From: Octopus vulgaris
Taxonomy: Eukaryota
Direction: 5' to 3'
Length of the DNA stretch: 64,000 nucleotides
NCBI GenBank assembly: GCA_951406725.2
Contig: OX597815.1
Span: forward strand, 96,534,001 to 96,598,000
Each line of letters starts with the position of its first letter. The first letter of the stretch is position 1. Of this stretch, positions 1 through 13,009 are shown in pieces. The position numbers and the translations under genes are program-made. The notes beneath the pieces were generated by a model. That model searched no databases, had not been told where the DNA came from, and worked only from the letters and a program-made list of their open reading frames with translations.

Positions 1-3
1 TCT

Positions 4-826
4 TGATTCTGTCCGTTATTTACACTGCGTTTCTTTCTGTTTGTTTGTGCGCATGTGTGTGGGTTAGTGTTTGTGTGTGTGTGTGTGCCTTTGCATGCAT
101 GTATGTATGTGTGTGTATGTATATATGCATGTGTGTATGTATACATGTATGTGTATGCATATGTATATATGTGCGTGCATATGTATGTATGCAGTCTACA
201 TATTCATGTGCTTGCACGTCGTGTTTGTGTATTTTCAATGTTTGTGTGTTTGAGCATGTGTTTGTATATGTATGCACCTCTGTCTCCTTGTGTGTGCATG
301 CCTGTGTGTGTGTGTTTTACAACTATGTACCACGTGTGTCCTTGTGTGGAATAAACTATGTAGCATATGTGCCCTTGGGTGGGGTAAAGTGTATGTGTAT
401 ATATGGTCATGTGTTTCAGTCTCCATTTAAGTAGGTGTGCTTGTCTTTTCATATAACCTATGCACCTATCCGTCTGTATGTTGATCTGTTTCTATTCATA
501 TCCATATGCTTACATACATATGCATACACATCCACACACACATGCATACATCTATCTACATAGCAGCCCACTAACTATTCTACTATACCTGTGTATATTG
601 TGTAACAGACAAGCACACATACGCAAATGGAGACTGAAACACATGACCATATATACAGACACTTTACTCTACAAAAGGGCACATGTGGAGAGACGGGTTC
701 ACATATGTAGAAATGCACATCCATACATACAAACACGGTACATAGTTACAAAAGACACACACAGACATGCACAAACAAGGAAACAGAAGTGCATACATAT
801 ACAAACACACGCTCACACACACACAC

Positions 827-862
<36 letters not shown>

Positions 863-924
863 ATCCACATACATGCTCACAAACAAACAAATAAAAACAC
901 AGTGTAAATAACGGACAAAATCAA
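4..924. repeat. Long imperfect inverted repeat (arms about 4-446 and 607-924) containing CA/TG microsatellites
   Basis: atatggtcatgtgtttcagtctccattt...gtgtgcttgtct (401-446) is the reverse complement of agacaagcacac...aaatggagactgaaacacatgaccatat (607-652). ttctgtccgttatttacactg (7-27) pairs with cagtgtaaataacggacaaaa (900-920). Confidence 0.85.
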
Positions 925-1092
925 AGCTATTGAAACGATTGTGAGACGCAACGAAAATTTTAGGAAAATAAAAATAAGAAATAAGTGGAAATTTTACCGG
1001 TGAGTGTGTTAAATTATAAGGAACAATAAGAAAATGACTCTCCCCAAACACAACAGAATACATACATTCATATATATATATATATATATATA

Positions 1093-1930
1093 CTAGCTTA
1101 AGGTGACTCGCTCTACGCGTGGATGAGGGTGTGGTTGTTACTTTCTGTTGCTTCCTTTCTGTCTCTTATCACCACATTCTACCTCTTTGTATCTCTCTCC
1201 TTTCTCTCTCAATTTACCACCCTTATTCTTCCTTTCTATCGGATTCTCACTCGCTTTCTCTCACTCTCTATCTTTATCTATCTCTCTCCCATTTATAAAA
1301 CAACAAAAGATCTTGTGTAAGTTGAGAAAGAAAATATTTAGAAAGATTAATCATAAATATCAGGCAGTGACAACGGTAAGCACACTTTCCTTTTGTAGGT
1401 GCCACTATTTGAGCGATTGAAATAAGGAAAAAAGGATTTCTTTGTTGAATTTAGTAATTATTTTGGGAATTTTTTCGGCGATTCACCATGCAAATGAAAG
1501 GTCTAAACACGGGTTACATGCAGCTGTAAATTTCTTTCAGAAAAATGAAAACTGTAAACAATAAAAAATAAACGACAAAAATACGTAAAAAAAGTAATTT
1601 TTCAACTTCAAAAATATTGCCCTAATTTTCAAAATTTCGAAACCATTTTCTTCGCTTAAATTACAAATCCGCTTCCACTTTACCATGTTGAAAATTTGAT
1701 TGAAATCGGGCAAAAGGTGTCCAATCTAGACTCTCAAGTGTCCTCCCAAATCAAGAAAATCCCCGTTTTCACACCAAAGCAAACACTGTAGTACCCCAAA
1801 AGTGTTCCTATCAATTTCACGCCTCAAGTTACCTCCTCCTCTAAATTTTAATCCCCTTCCAGTCTCATTTAGACCTCTTTTTACATAAAAACCCAATTTG
1901 TATCAACTTCTTCCTTCTTTATTTTATAGA
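1093..1930 (-). mobile_element. Probable non-autonomous Helitron-like element
   Basis: On the minus strand it starts TCTATAAAAT and ends with a weak GC hairpin plus CTAG next to (TA)n. No ORF. Confidence 0.45.
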
Positions 1931-1944
1931 TTAGATTAAACATA

Positions 1945-2845
1945 ACCGCATTTAGCCCGTGCAGCAACAGGAAAAGCCACCATTATTCAAAAAGCGCAAC
2001 CTGACTATCCCATAAAGCTAAATTTTTTCCATATTCTTCACCATGGCAACCAAACGGTTGCCCCGAGCTACTTCCAACCTCCCTCACACCATTGTCTACC
2101 CCATTTCACCCCTAGTGTAAATTTTGGCGCCAATCCGACCCCATCTACCACTCCTTAAACCGTTCCCATCCCAAAATGAGACAAATAACCAAGAAATCAA
2201 ACTTTTTCGCATTTCAGCTTTATAGATATTGATTACATATATACATATATAGATATGTATACACATTATACATATATTCATACACACACACACACACACA
2301 TACACACACACACACATATATATATATATATGTATAAATAAAATAACACATATCTGATTAATAATATGTTATGATTGTGCGGTTGTGGCGGGTGATAATA
2401 ATTCACAGTTCTGAAAGACCTGTGGCGGGAATATTTAAACTTTTGCGGCTGTCAACGCTTTCTCTCTATAGATACAGACAGACGTACAGTGAGAGAGGTG
2501 GTGGGAGAAAGAGTGACAGAGAGCCGGTGAAGGCAGAGAGGGAATGAGAGTGGAAGGTGTCAAACGTCGTTATACAAAGATTGTGGAGGGAAGGAAGGAA
2601 AGAGAGAGATCGGGGAAGACAGGGGGATATCCGAAAGGGAGAAAAAACAAACACTTGTCAACGTCTGGGTTTTGTTGCCCTAGTAACCACAGCTTTTCTA
2701 ACCTAGTCCAGTCGCTTCCTCGCCTCTTTCTATATGTCCCTGTAAAATTTGGCGCCAATCTGACCCCATTTCCCGCCCCTTAAACTGTTCCCATCTCAAA
2801 ATGAGACAAATAACTTTTTCGCATTTTAGCTTTATAGATATTGAT
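1945..2845 (-). mobile_element. Two related non-autonomous repeat copies, possibly Helitron-like, sharing an approximately 110 bp terminus
   Basis: 2117-2232 matches 2742-2845 (gtaaa.tttggcgccaatc.gaccccat...gcatttyagctttatagatattgat). Confidence 0.5.
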
Positions 2846-2895
2846 ATGTATATACATATATGCATATATACATATATATATATATCTATGGATTT

Positions 2896-2959
<64 letters not shown>

Positions 2960-3249
2960 CATATTTATATGTATGTATGCATCTATCTATGTACCACTCT
3001 TTCTCTCTCTCTATATATATATATATATGTATACATATATATATATATACATAACCTAGATTCATACCTACATACATTCATACATATATATATGCTATGT
3101 ATGCGTATGGGTTGAGAGAGAGGGACAAACAGAATATTAAATGAATACAAATATGCATTTGAATACACATATCTATGATATTTTACAATACATACACTCA
3201 CACAAAGGTACATATATGTATGCTCATTTGTCCATATGTATAGTCCTCT

Positions 3250-3860
3250 GTGTGTCGTCTTGCCCTTATAACTGTTACAGCGCACAAATTCGTAATGTAC
3301 AAACTATAGAATAGAAAAAGGCAATGAAGATACGATGACTGTTGACAAGTTATTCTCTTGTTTCTGAGACAAGAATCCGAAAAGACATTTTCCACATGAA
3401 TGATCGGAAAACCTAAATAAGTTTGCTTGATATCTCAATGGTGTTTTACTGCACTTTAAAGTTCATAGGTGTGCTTTTGTATTTGACAAACATGAAATTG
3501 AAATGCAGTACATACAACGTTTAGAAAGAAAAAAAATTTACATGGTGTTCAAGCTTCAAAAAGAACGCAGCTTTCAAGCTTTGTTTTTTTCCCCAAAGCC
3601 CTCTATTTGACAATGTGCATTCCTCATTAAAATGAAGCTATTCATGAAATAGATCAAACGTTCCATAGTTGTCATGCCTTCTTTTTCCTCTATGAGATTT
3701 TCGCTTTCAACTTCAATATCTTTCCTGTCCTAAGCTGATGATTTTTGTAATTTTTTAATGCATAGAGGCATTAATCTAGTAAAAGGTTTTGAATGCACAT
3801 TTTTCATGTTGAGCACTACAATCCTTTAGCATTAAAATTGATCGTGATATCTATTCAATA
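3250..3860 (-). pseudogene. Possible degenerate hAT transposase C-terminal remnant
   Basis: Fragments (VENVFS, ITNLCAV) weakly resemble the hAT dimerisation region. Many frameshifts. Confidence 0.3.
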
Positions 3861-5580
3861 TGTGAGTAAATCATTGATGTTTAATACATATGAAAACTAA
3901 TTGCAGTTTCACTTGCTTCTCTGACCAAGTATTTTGCAACGTATTATGATTCTTATTTACTGCGAAAAATAATTATCTTATGGAAACTGCAGCGTAGTAG
4001 CCTATAAAGAAAAGTTAACAAAATATCTGCTATGTATAATCGCATTGGGATTTCTTATCCGTTAGCCTTACTGCAAAATTAAATAAGCAGCCCTATGATC
4101 AAAGGCGTTTCAGTCATAATCTTTTTTTTTTTCGTTAGATCGACTGTATCCTAGTAAAGTACCAGCTTAGGTATCCTTCTGTTTTACAAGACATTGCAAA
4201 ACTCATTTCGAGCTGGCTTCTATATTTATCAGGGGGAGCAATCGTCATTTTACTCATTCTATAACTTTATATGATGTAACATTCGCTTACCATATTAATA
4301 ACAAAATGTTTGCGTGAATTTATTTTAGGAACGTTTCATACACAATATACAATAACTAATAGGCTTATATGGTAACTTATTGTTTCAATATTTTCAGGAA
4401 AATCAACAATGATATTGAAATTCTCCATTTTTCAAAGCTATCACAAATTCTACATTGGATAATTATTTCCCAATTTACGAGCAACATAAATGGGTAAACA
4501 ACATTTATATAATTACTTAGAGAATAGTCAATTGAATATATTTTAAATTACTGAATATTCAATTACATGCATATACACAACTTCATAAGTATTCATGCAT
4601 TCGCAAACACACAGACACATGTATAGTCTAATATTGGAAAATATCCAGGGTGTCTTCTGAATAAATAATTCATATAGATTAACCAGACAATTTAAGTCTG
4701 TTGTAATCATAGTCATAATGTAAATATAATTCATTATCATTATGAAAGTCCTGCTTAACGCAGACAATGGAGGGGTCTAATATGCTACTGATAACCGAAT
4801 ATTGAATTTACAGCGATTTACGTTCTGCAATCTGCGTTCCGGCATTTTTGGGCAGATTTGCAACTCATACTGAGGACAGCTTTTGTCATTTTTGGTTTAA
4901 AACGTAACTAGCTCCAATACTACTATTGTCTAACATTCTCGTTTTCTTCATCGCTCCCTTTTCCGGTGTCCAACATTGTGCAGTAAAGCATTTAAATATA
5001 CTTAAAGGGATATTACATATATCTCCACATATGAAAATTAAAGTCTGAAGGAACTCTAGCGCTTGACAGACTGTTGTCTCATGTATACCGTACAAATCAC
5101 CAGTAGTAAAAAAAAAACAGACTGTCTAATTATAAACACTTATTGCTACCAGCACGGTATTTTCAAATTTTGCTGAATGTAACAACGAAGATCGTAAGTT
5201 TTAAGCAAATCTCTCAAGATATAGAATATTATATAGAATTGAGCTATAAATATGTCAGCTCAATATTCAGAATATTGGGAAAATCATAAATAAAATATGA
5301 ATATTAGCATAGGACTCTTGAATTTTTTCATCACAACGGCCCAATTACTCCTACAAACTCAAAATTTGGAAAAGAAATATATTTGAAACAAAGAATTCAT
5401 AACGTATAATGACATGATAAATAATGAATGACATGATAAATAAAACGAAATGCATCTAGCAAAACAACCGAAGTATTAAATAATAAATATATTATAAGAG
5501 ATAACTGCGTAAATAAGTTTATATTTGAAATTGTACATGCCAAGACACACACACATGTAATCACAAATACATATACACAT

Positions 5581-5620
<40 letters not shown>

Positions 5621-5799
5621 TCATGCTTATATATGTATGTATATATATTCGTATGTATATAATATGTAAAATATTTAAGATATGCAATGAATCTATGTGT
5701 TCATAATTCATGTATATAGCGTGGCTTATATATATATATAACATTAACAAATATATTCAATATTTAGACGGATAATATTTTCACGAATCAGTCGAAATG

Positions 5800-5882
<83 letters not shown>

Positions 5883-5886
5883 CTCC

Positions 5887-5940
<54 letters not shown>

Positions 5941-5974
5941 CAATCAAAATAAGCAACAAGGATATCCAGAGGTA

Positions 5975-6064
5975 ATGCAGTACGATCGTTTCATGCGACC
6001 TCATTTAATTGAACAATGTAAATATTACATCAATTTTAAAATGTAGAGCAATCTTCAGTTGCAT
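5975..6064 (-). ncRNA. Type I hammerhead ribozyme motif
   Basis: Minus strand: augcaa CUGAAGA u ugc[long loop]gca u GAAA c GAUC g UA cugcau. Core intact, palindromic loop 3, GUA cleavage triplet, one stem I mismatch. Confidence 0.75.
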
Positions 6065-6194
6065 TGTTTAATCAACAACATCGATGTTGTTGATGAAACA
6101 TGTTCTTTGTCTATCTATTTATCCTCTTTGTGATTTTGGTTAGTAGAAAAACTATACAAATGAATCCTTCGAATTTAACGAAATTCTATATTTT

Positions 6195-6284
6195 ATGCAG
6201 CTGAAGATTGTTCTACATTTTAAAATTGATGTAATATTTGCATTGTTCAATTAAATGGAGTCGCATGAAATGATCGCACTACAT
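6195..6284 (+). ncRNA. Type I hammerhead ribozyme motif (degenerate partner copy)
   Basis: atgcag CTGAAGA ttgt...gcat GAAA tgatcg ca ctacat. Mutated at U16.1 and in stem I. Confidence 0.6.
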
Positions 6285-6434
6285 TACCTCTTGATATCCT
6301 TGTTGCTTATTTTGATTGTAATCACCCCATTTTGATTTTTATGGATAATACCATACTAAATTCTGGTGCTATTAACTTAAGTACCATATTCAACTGTATC
6401 TAAATTTTACTAAACTTATCTATCTCTCTAGTCT

Positions 6435-6535
<101 letters not shown>

Positions 6536-6587
6536 ATGTCTGTCTGTGTGTGTGTGTGTGTGTGTCTGTCTGTCTATCTATCTATCC

Positions 6588-6657
<70 letters not shown>

Positions 6658-6672
6658 ATATATATATATATG

Positions 6673-6723
<51 letters not shown>

Positions 6724-6728
<5 letters not shown>

Positions 6729-6895
6729 GGGAGTTCACGTGAAAAATTAGGGACGAAGACAGGTTTACAAAACAAACTGATGTATTAGTATAACGCTCAG
6801 AAATTGAGAAGTCTTTTACGTTTCGAGTCTACGTTTTTCTACAGAAAGGGACACAGAAAAAACAAGGAGAGAAAAGAATGTGTGTAGTGGCTACA
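6724..6895 (-). mobile_element. Short TA-flanked repeat with a minimal hammerhead-like motif at 6813-6848
   Basis: Homologous to 48021-48215. Minus strand: cuuu CUGUAGA aaaacguagacuc GAAA CG UA aaag. Confidence 0.6.
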
Positions 6896-6950
6896 CACAT
6901 ACATACATATATATATATTTGTATATATATATATGTATCTATCTATATAT

Positions 6951-7318
6951 TCTCTTATTCTTTTACTTGTTTCAGTCATTTGGCTGTGGCTATGATGAAG
7001 ACACCGGAAGTTACTCTTTGTAAGCTTAGTACTTATTCTATTGGTCTCTTTTACCGAACCGCTAAGTTATGGGAGCGTAAGCACGCCAACATCGGTTGTA
7101 AGCAATGGTGGGGTAACAAACATAGGATCACAATCACACAGACTCACAAACACACATATGCGACGGTCTTTCAGTTTTACATCTAACAAACCCACTACAA
7201 GACTTTGGTAGGCCCGAGGTAATAGTAGAAATCACTTTCCAAATGTACCACGCAGTAGGACTTAACCTGCAACCATGTATTTCAGAAGCAAGTTTTTACC
7301 ACACAGCTACGCCACGCA
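6951..7318 (-). mobile_element. tRNA-derived SINE, family 1
   Basis: Similar to the 20719-21126 copy along its length. Confidence 0.85.
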
Positions 7319-8030
7319 TATATTTTATCCGTATATGATAACTGACGAAGAATTAGCAGCGTCCCATTTTGAGTGTGTACTTTCTATTAGTTCCTGTATT
7401 GTGTTTCCATTTAAATTTTGGAACTTATTTAATTTAACACTACGTACTCTCACTTTTTACCCATTTAGTTGAATATTTATTCTTGCGACATCTAATTCCG
7501 TCACTTTTCCATTCTTTTTTGCCTTCTTCTCTCTCTCTTCTTCCCTCTTTCACAACTTTCGTATCTTTGGGTCTCCTCAGTCAATTTGCTCTCTGTTGGT
7601 TCTTCTCAGTTACTTTCCTCTCTGTACGTTCTTCTCAGTTACTTTCTATCTCTCTGACCTTCACCAATGCTTTCTTCTCTTCATACCACGTGCCCATCTC
7701 ATATATCGCTTCTACTCCCTTTTAAGTCTGACCGTTACTCGTTTTCTCTACATGTATTATGCTTTTTCCCACTATTCGTTTTTTTTTTTTTCACATTTCA
7801 TTGTGGTTTTCCATCCGTTTCCTTTCTTGATTCTTGTCCTATAGGATATTTTCTTTTGCGTTGCTTATAATTTCGTCCCATATTAGAGAACAATAGTGTT
7901 ATTTTGGTTATATCCTGCATATTTTCATATTTGCATAGTGTTTGTTTTCGTCACTTTTCGTTCGCTATTCCCAACAGCTTTTCACGTGAACGCGTCAAAT
8001 TATAAGGATCTTTTGGATGATCACTGACGA

Positions 8031-8298
8031 ACCCAGGACTTATTCTTTATAAACCTAGGTGTCTTCTGCCGAACCACTAAGTTACGGAGACGTAAACACA
8101 CCACCATCGGTTGTTAAGCGATCATGGAGTTGGACAGACACCCCACACACACACCCACATATGTATATATACGACAGACAGGCTTTTTTTAAGTTTCCGT
8201 GTACTAAATCCACTCGCAAGTCTTTGGTCTGCCCGAGGCTATAGTAGAAGACATTCGCCGAAGGTGTTACGCAGTTGAACTGAAACCGAAACCATGTT
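8031..8298 (-). mobile_element. Partial tRNA-derived SINE, family 1
   Basis: ggacttattcttt...gccgaacc.ctaagttacgg...cccgaggctatagtagaagac...gaaaccatgt. Confidence 0.85.
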
Positions 8299-8387
8299 GT
8301 TTCGTGGCTATATTTAAGAAAGGATAATAGTAAAAATAACAGTAGTAGTTGTAAAATCACATCAATATAAATATAGCCACTCTTCTG
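8299..8387 (-). ncRNA. Degenerate hammerhead ribozyme
   Basis: Minus strand: CAGAAGA (U4A) guggcuauauuua[loop]uaaauauagccac GAAAC, with a perfect 13 bp stem II. Stems III and I are lost where the SINE begins. Confidence 0.55.
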
Positions 8388-9812
8388 GTTAAAGACAACA
8401 ACAATAATAAAATAATTAATTAGATAAATTAGTAAATATACATAAATAATCTTGTAAAATACGAAATATCTTAAATATATTCTTGTTTAAAAAAATAAGA
8501 TACCATTAATTAGAATATCTTAGAGAAACTAACTTTATTATTAGTATATGTGTAGTATCTATAGGTTTAACATTTTACTCAATAATATAGTTGACCAACA
8601 TATCAATTAATATAAGACTTATTTACTTAAATGTAATACTATGTAATAAACATACCACCTAATTATTAAATAATGAATTGTCTTACAAAACTAATTCTCA
8701 AATTAAATTATGTGTAATACGTTAAATCACATTATAGAAATAATAATAAAGCATAACAAATAAATAGATATACATATAACTAATTATTATGAAGAAATCA
8801 CATATAAAATTATTATTTTAACAACTATAATAATAACAATAATTATAATAATAATAATGATAATAATAATAATCAAACTTAATACAATTCAAAAGTTAAA
8901 TAATATTGTTAAATAAATAAAAAACCTTACTTAGCTTGTCGATGAAAATAATATAACTGAATTTTAAACGTAAAAATGTAGATCTTAGCGTTTATAAGAA
9001 ATTAAACTTATGAAAATGACGAAAGCTATTTATTAATGAAAAAGACGAAAAATATTTAAGCTTCATGAATTAAAGAAAAATAAGAAAAATAGAATAACAA
9101 ATGACATTTTACTATAAATTAAGTTGCAAATAATTATTACGTAAAATATACATATAATATTAAATTAATTGATATTACTATAACTAATAGGTCTTAATAA
9201 AATTATATATAATCATTTATGTATTAAGAAATATCTAAGTTTAAAATTGTTCAAATATATTAATATAACATATAATAATATAGAAAATTGTACTCTAATA
9301 CTATTAAATTATACCTACAAGAAATAAGTAACATAAAAAAAACAAGGTTTTATACATACTGAAAAATAAGTTTATATTATATAGGTAAATAAATTTATCT
9401 TAGCATTTAATTTTAAATGACTATTTACTATAAATTTAAATTCTAAATAATAAGTGAGTAAAATATATATATTTTATATTTAAATTAAATTATTACTATA
9501 ATTAATATATCTTAGTAGATTTATATAATCATGTTTTTTATTAGCTAAACCTATTATATAGGTAATTTAATTTATGTTTAGATTTAATTTTACGTTCCTC
9601 CAATGTGTTCACTAGCACATAATTGTTATTAAATAATTCTTTGAATTCGTTATTACACAGTGAACAATAATTACTCCCTATGCAATATGATTTAGCCCTA
9701 CAAATAATCTCCCAAGTTAATTTATATGTAATAGATATAGATTTAAGGTCCCAAATATATTTCTGAGACATATTCCTAAAAGAATACATATGTTGAGATA
9801 TTTTCGATTTAA
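8299..9812 (-). mobile_element. 3' part of a Penelope-like element (Naiad-like): endonuclease C-terminus, AT-rich 3' region and degenerate hammerhead
   Basis: ORF 9541-9882 contains KYIWDLK..ITYKLTWEIICRAKSY..GSNYCSLCNNE..LVN, resembling the C-terminal extension of PLE GIY-YIG domains. Hammerhead remnant at 8299-8387 on the same strand. Confidence 0.65.
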
Positions 9813-9842
9813 TTTTATATATGTATGTATATATATACATGC

Positions 9843-10098
9843 ATAACGTGAAGTATATTTGCCACCTATATGTGGTTAACACTTAAGGGTTGATGCTACT
9901 GTAGCCTGTAGCCCAGGAAGACATCTCCTCCAGCTGGCTATTGACACACTTTCTGTGCCCTATCAATATTTGCAAACGGAAGTCATCCTTCCCATCACCA
10001 GTCTTACGTGATACACACGGACCCGAGTTTCTGGGTAATGACTTGTCATGACCGTGTGACAACCACTAGCTGGCGATGTGAAGTGGTTCCGAAGGCCA
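9843..10098 (-). other. Unclassified structured element between TA-rich repeats (homologue of 31389-31550)
   Basis: Multiple hairpins, collinear with 31389-31550. Confidence 0.55.
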
Positions 10099-10289
10099 AT
10101 ATATACATACTTTTTCTAATGTTTTACTAAAACATTAATTGGTAAACTAAATCTATTTCCTCTATAGTCATGTAGCATTACTTGTATGCAAGCTGCAGTA
10201 GATTTGTGATCTCTGATATTTAATTCAAGATCTTTTTTTATAAAATGATCATACCCATGTCCGCCGCGACCGCACACACACACACACAC

Positions 10290-10930
10290 ACACACACATA
10301 CTAATTTCAAATGAGGTTCCTCTGAAAAATTTGACATGACAGCAACGATATTATCTGTCTTTATAGGTTAGTCTATACCATCTTGGTATAAGTTCAGTAG
10401 ATATTTTCTCTTTTAAAATGAGTTTAGATTAGAACCATACTAGACTCACTCCAAATATTTGTTCACTCTATGGAAATGAAGTTTCAAGTGTCCGGACTTG
10501 CCAGCGAGTCTTTGTTGAGTTTCTTTCGGAAATGTTTTTCTCTAGATTTAGATGTCAAATTTCGAGACTCTAAAAAGAACGCAACCAAGAAATGTGCAAG
10601 CTGCCCAAGAATCAGCAATTAAACTCAAATGAAAATGCACGTTCCACATGACATCCGTTTAACATCAAGGAAAGTGTCTAAATTGGTTAGTACATCCCTT
10701 ATTTGGTCGTTTCTCAGCCTAGTCTGATCCACGTTGTAGAATATATTAGGTACAATGCATTTACAATGTAGAATTATCACAAGTGAAATTGTGTTTTTCG
10801 AAAATCACATCCAATGAAAATGACAACAGCACCCAATAGAAGAAGATAATCGTTTCCAAAGCCAAAATACTATGCTATGTGATTTGTCGGACATGAAGGG
10901 TGTCGGCTATCGTGAGCTTACGACTGATAA
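10290..10930 (+). pseudogene. Degenerate mariner transposase remnant
   Basis: RIIT(S)E resembles RIITGDEKW, and TMLC...DMKGVGYREL resembles KxMLCVWWDxKGVxYxELL. Confidence 0.55.
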
Positions 10931-11191
10931 GCGAAACAAGTGTAGTCCAGTTATGTCTAGATTCATTCATGGTGTTCTTGACTCACCTGTCAGTGTACAT
11001 ATTTTATGCTCTTCCTTAAGATTTCTTAAGTAACATTTCTTGCAATATAGGCGCCACGAAACCCCCAGTCTCACTTAGCGACGATAATTTTTTCATTTAT
11101 GCTTTTTTACAGACACAAACACACACATATATATATATATTTGTATATATGTATATATATATAAATATATATATACATATATATATATGTG

Positions 11192-11246
<55 letters not shown>

Positions 11247-11253
11247 ATATATA

Positions 11254-12853
11254 CAGTTGCGGCTAAAATGTTCAGAACGGCATTGTTTTCGTCAGAAAAG
11301 TAAGTATACGTTTTTATCATAGTATTTTTGTATTCTATAATTTTCACAGACAATAAATACCATATTAGTTGTTATTGTCTGAGATTCTGGTGTAATTTGA
11401 GAGGATAATACAAAAGTTATGGATGATTTAGTGATTTACTGCAAAACCCATGGCGGCCAAAATGATAAGAACGGTTGAAAAATTAACAAAATATTCAAAA
11501 ATGACAGAGAATACTGGAATTATTTAATATTTAGTGTGAAACCCTTTAGCTTCAATCACACTCTGACATCTTCGACTGCATGAGGAAATTAAATTTTCAA
11601 TTTCTTGCTGGGTGATCTTATTCCATTTTTCCTGAAGGGCATTCCATAATTGCTCAGTTGTTTAGGATTTCTGGCTTTCGAACGCTCTCCTAGAATATTC
11701 CATACATTTTCAATAGGATTGAGATCTGGGCTTTGAGCAGGCCAATCCATAACAATAACCTTTTCAGCCTTGAGGAAGTTCATAACCACCTTAGCCTTGT
11801 GACATGGGGCATTGTCCTGCATGAATATGGGTGTTCGGTTAGTTGAATTTCTCAGCACAGGCAAGACATGATCTTTTACAAGTTGTTTATAAACTCCTGC
11901 ATTTACCTTTCCATGTAATCGCACCAAAGGGCCCACACCATCTCCAGATATCATCTCCCAAACCATGACACTTCCTCCACCGAATTTAACACTAGTCTTA
12001 AGGCATTTCGGCGACAATTTTTCACCTACTTTTCTACGAACGTACCTTTACCCATCTGAGCCAAATAACATAAACGTTGATTCATCACTTAAATGCACCG
12101 TTTGCCATTTTTCTTGAGACCACAACACATGTTCGGTTGCAAAGGTAAGACGACACTTTTCTTCTTGGAGCTGATCAGTGGCTTCACTGCAGGTGCTCTT
12201 GCTTGTAGGTCATGTTCAACTAAACGACGAGACACAGTTTTTCGAGATAAAATTTTCTTCAATACAATGCTCATTTTCCGATAAACAGCAGCAGCAGTTT
12301 TAAATCTGTCCTTTTTAACCAACTTTACCATAGCACGATCTTCTCTCTTCGTCATTTTTCTTGGCCTACCTGTAAACTTTCTTGTTTCACACGAATCACA
12401 ATCATCGTAGACCTTAAGAATACCGTGTACAACACTTTTTGACTTGTTAACAATCTCTGCAATAGATCCAATACTTAAATTATCCTTCCTTCGAAGCTTA
12501 ATAATCTGCTGACGAATTGGTAACGGAGTAAGTGGCATTATATTAACAAAGTACACTGCAAACCGTCACGTAAACAAATTCAAAACATTAGAGTTCGCCG
12601 GTTAAATATACTAAAACACGGAGTAAAAGCAACCGTTCTGATTATTTTGGCCGCCATGGGTTTTGCAGTAAATCACTAAATCATCCATAACTTTTGTATT
12701 AACCTCTCAAATTACACCAAAATCTCAGGCAATGACAAATAATATCGTATTTATTGTATGTGAAAATTATAGAATATAAAACAACTTTGATAAAAAATTA
12801 TATTTACTTTTCTGACGAAAACAATGCCGTTCTGAACATTTTGGCCGCCACTG
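11254..12853 (-). mobile_element. Full-length Tc1-family transposon, 1600 bp, with 224 bp IR/DR-type TIRs and TA flanks
   Basis: TIRs at 11254-11477 and 12630-12853 start CAGT and carry an internal direct repeat ggcggccaaaat...agaacgg. TA on both sides. Confidence 0.95.
11524..12538 (-). pseudogene. Tc1 transposase (DD34E), frameshifted
   Basis: HTH region with a GRPRK linker, then SDES, QDNAPCH, WPAQSPDLNPIE (34 aa between D and E), ending GFHTKY*. Split over several frames. Confidence 0.92.
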
Positions 12854-12927
12854 TATATATGTGTGTGTGTGTGTGTCTGTGTAGATACATATATATGTAT
12901 ATATATGCATACATATATATATTTACA

Positions 12928-12975
<48 letters not shown>

Positions 12976-12978
12976 TAC

Positions 12979-13009
<31 letters not shown>

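Larger units (their letters stand above)
5940..6420 (+). mobile_element. Fold-back PLE-like mini-element: inverted arms 5941-6064 and 6195-6318 plus an unpaired 3' tail, between microsatellites
   Basis: The arms are reverse complements over about 124 bp, and each carries a hammerhead motif. Confidence 0.75.

Noticed and set aside
4886-5095. 69 aa non-repetitive ORF
   Set aside because: No recognisable motif, and the length is expected by chance.
9945-9990. SECIS-like AUGA...AAA hairpin on the minus strand
   Set aside because: The 3' GA of the quartet is missing, the helix is poor, and it lies upstream of the PLE ORF remnant rather than in its 3' UTR.
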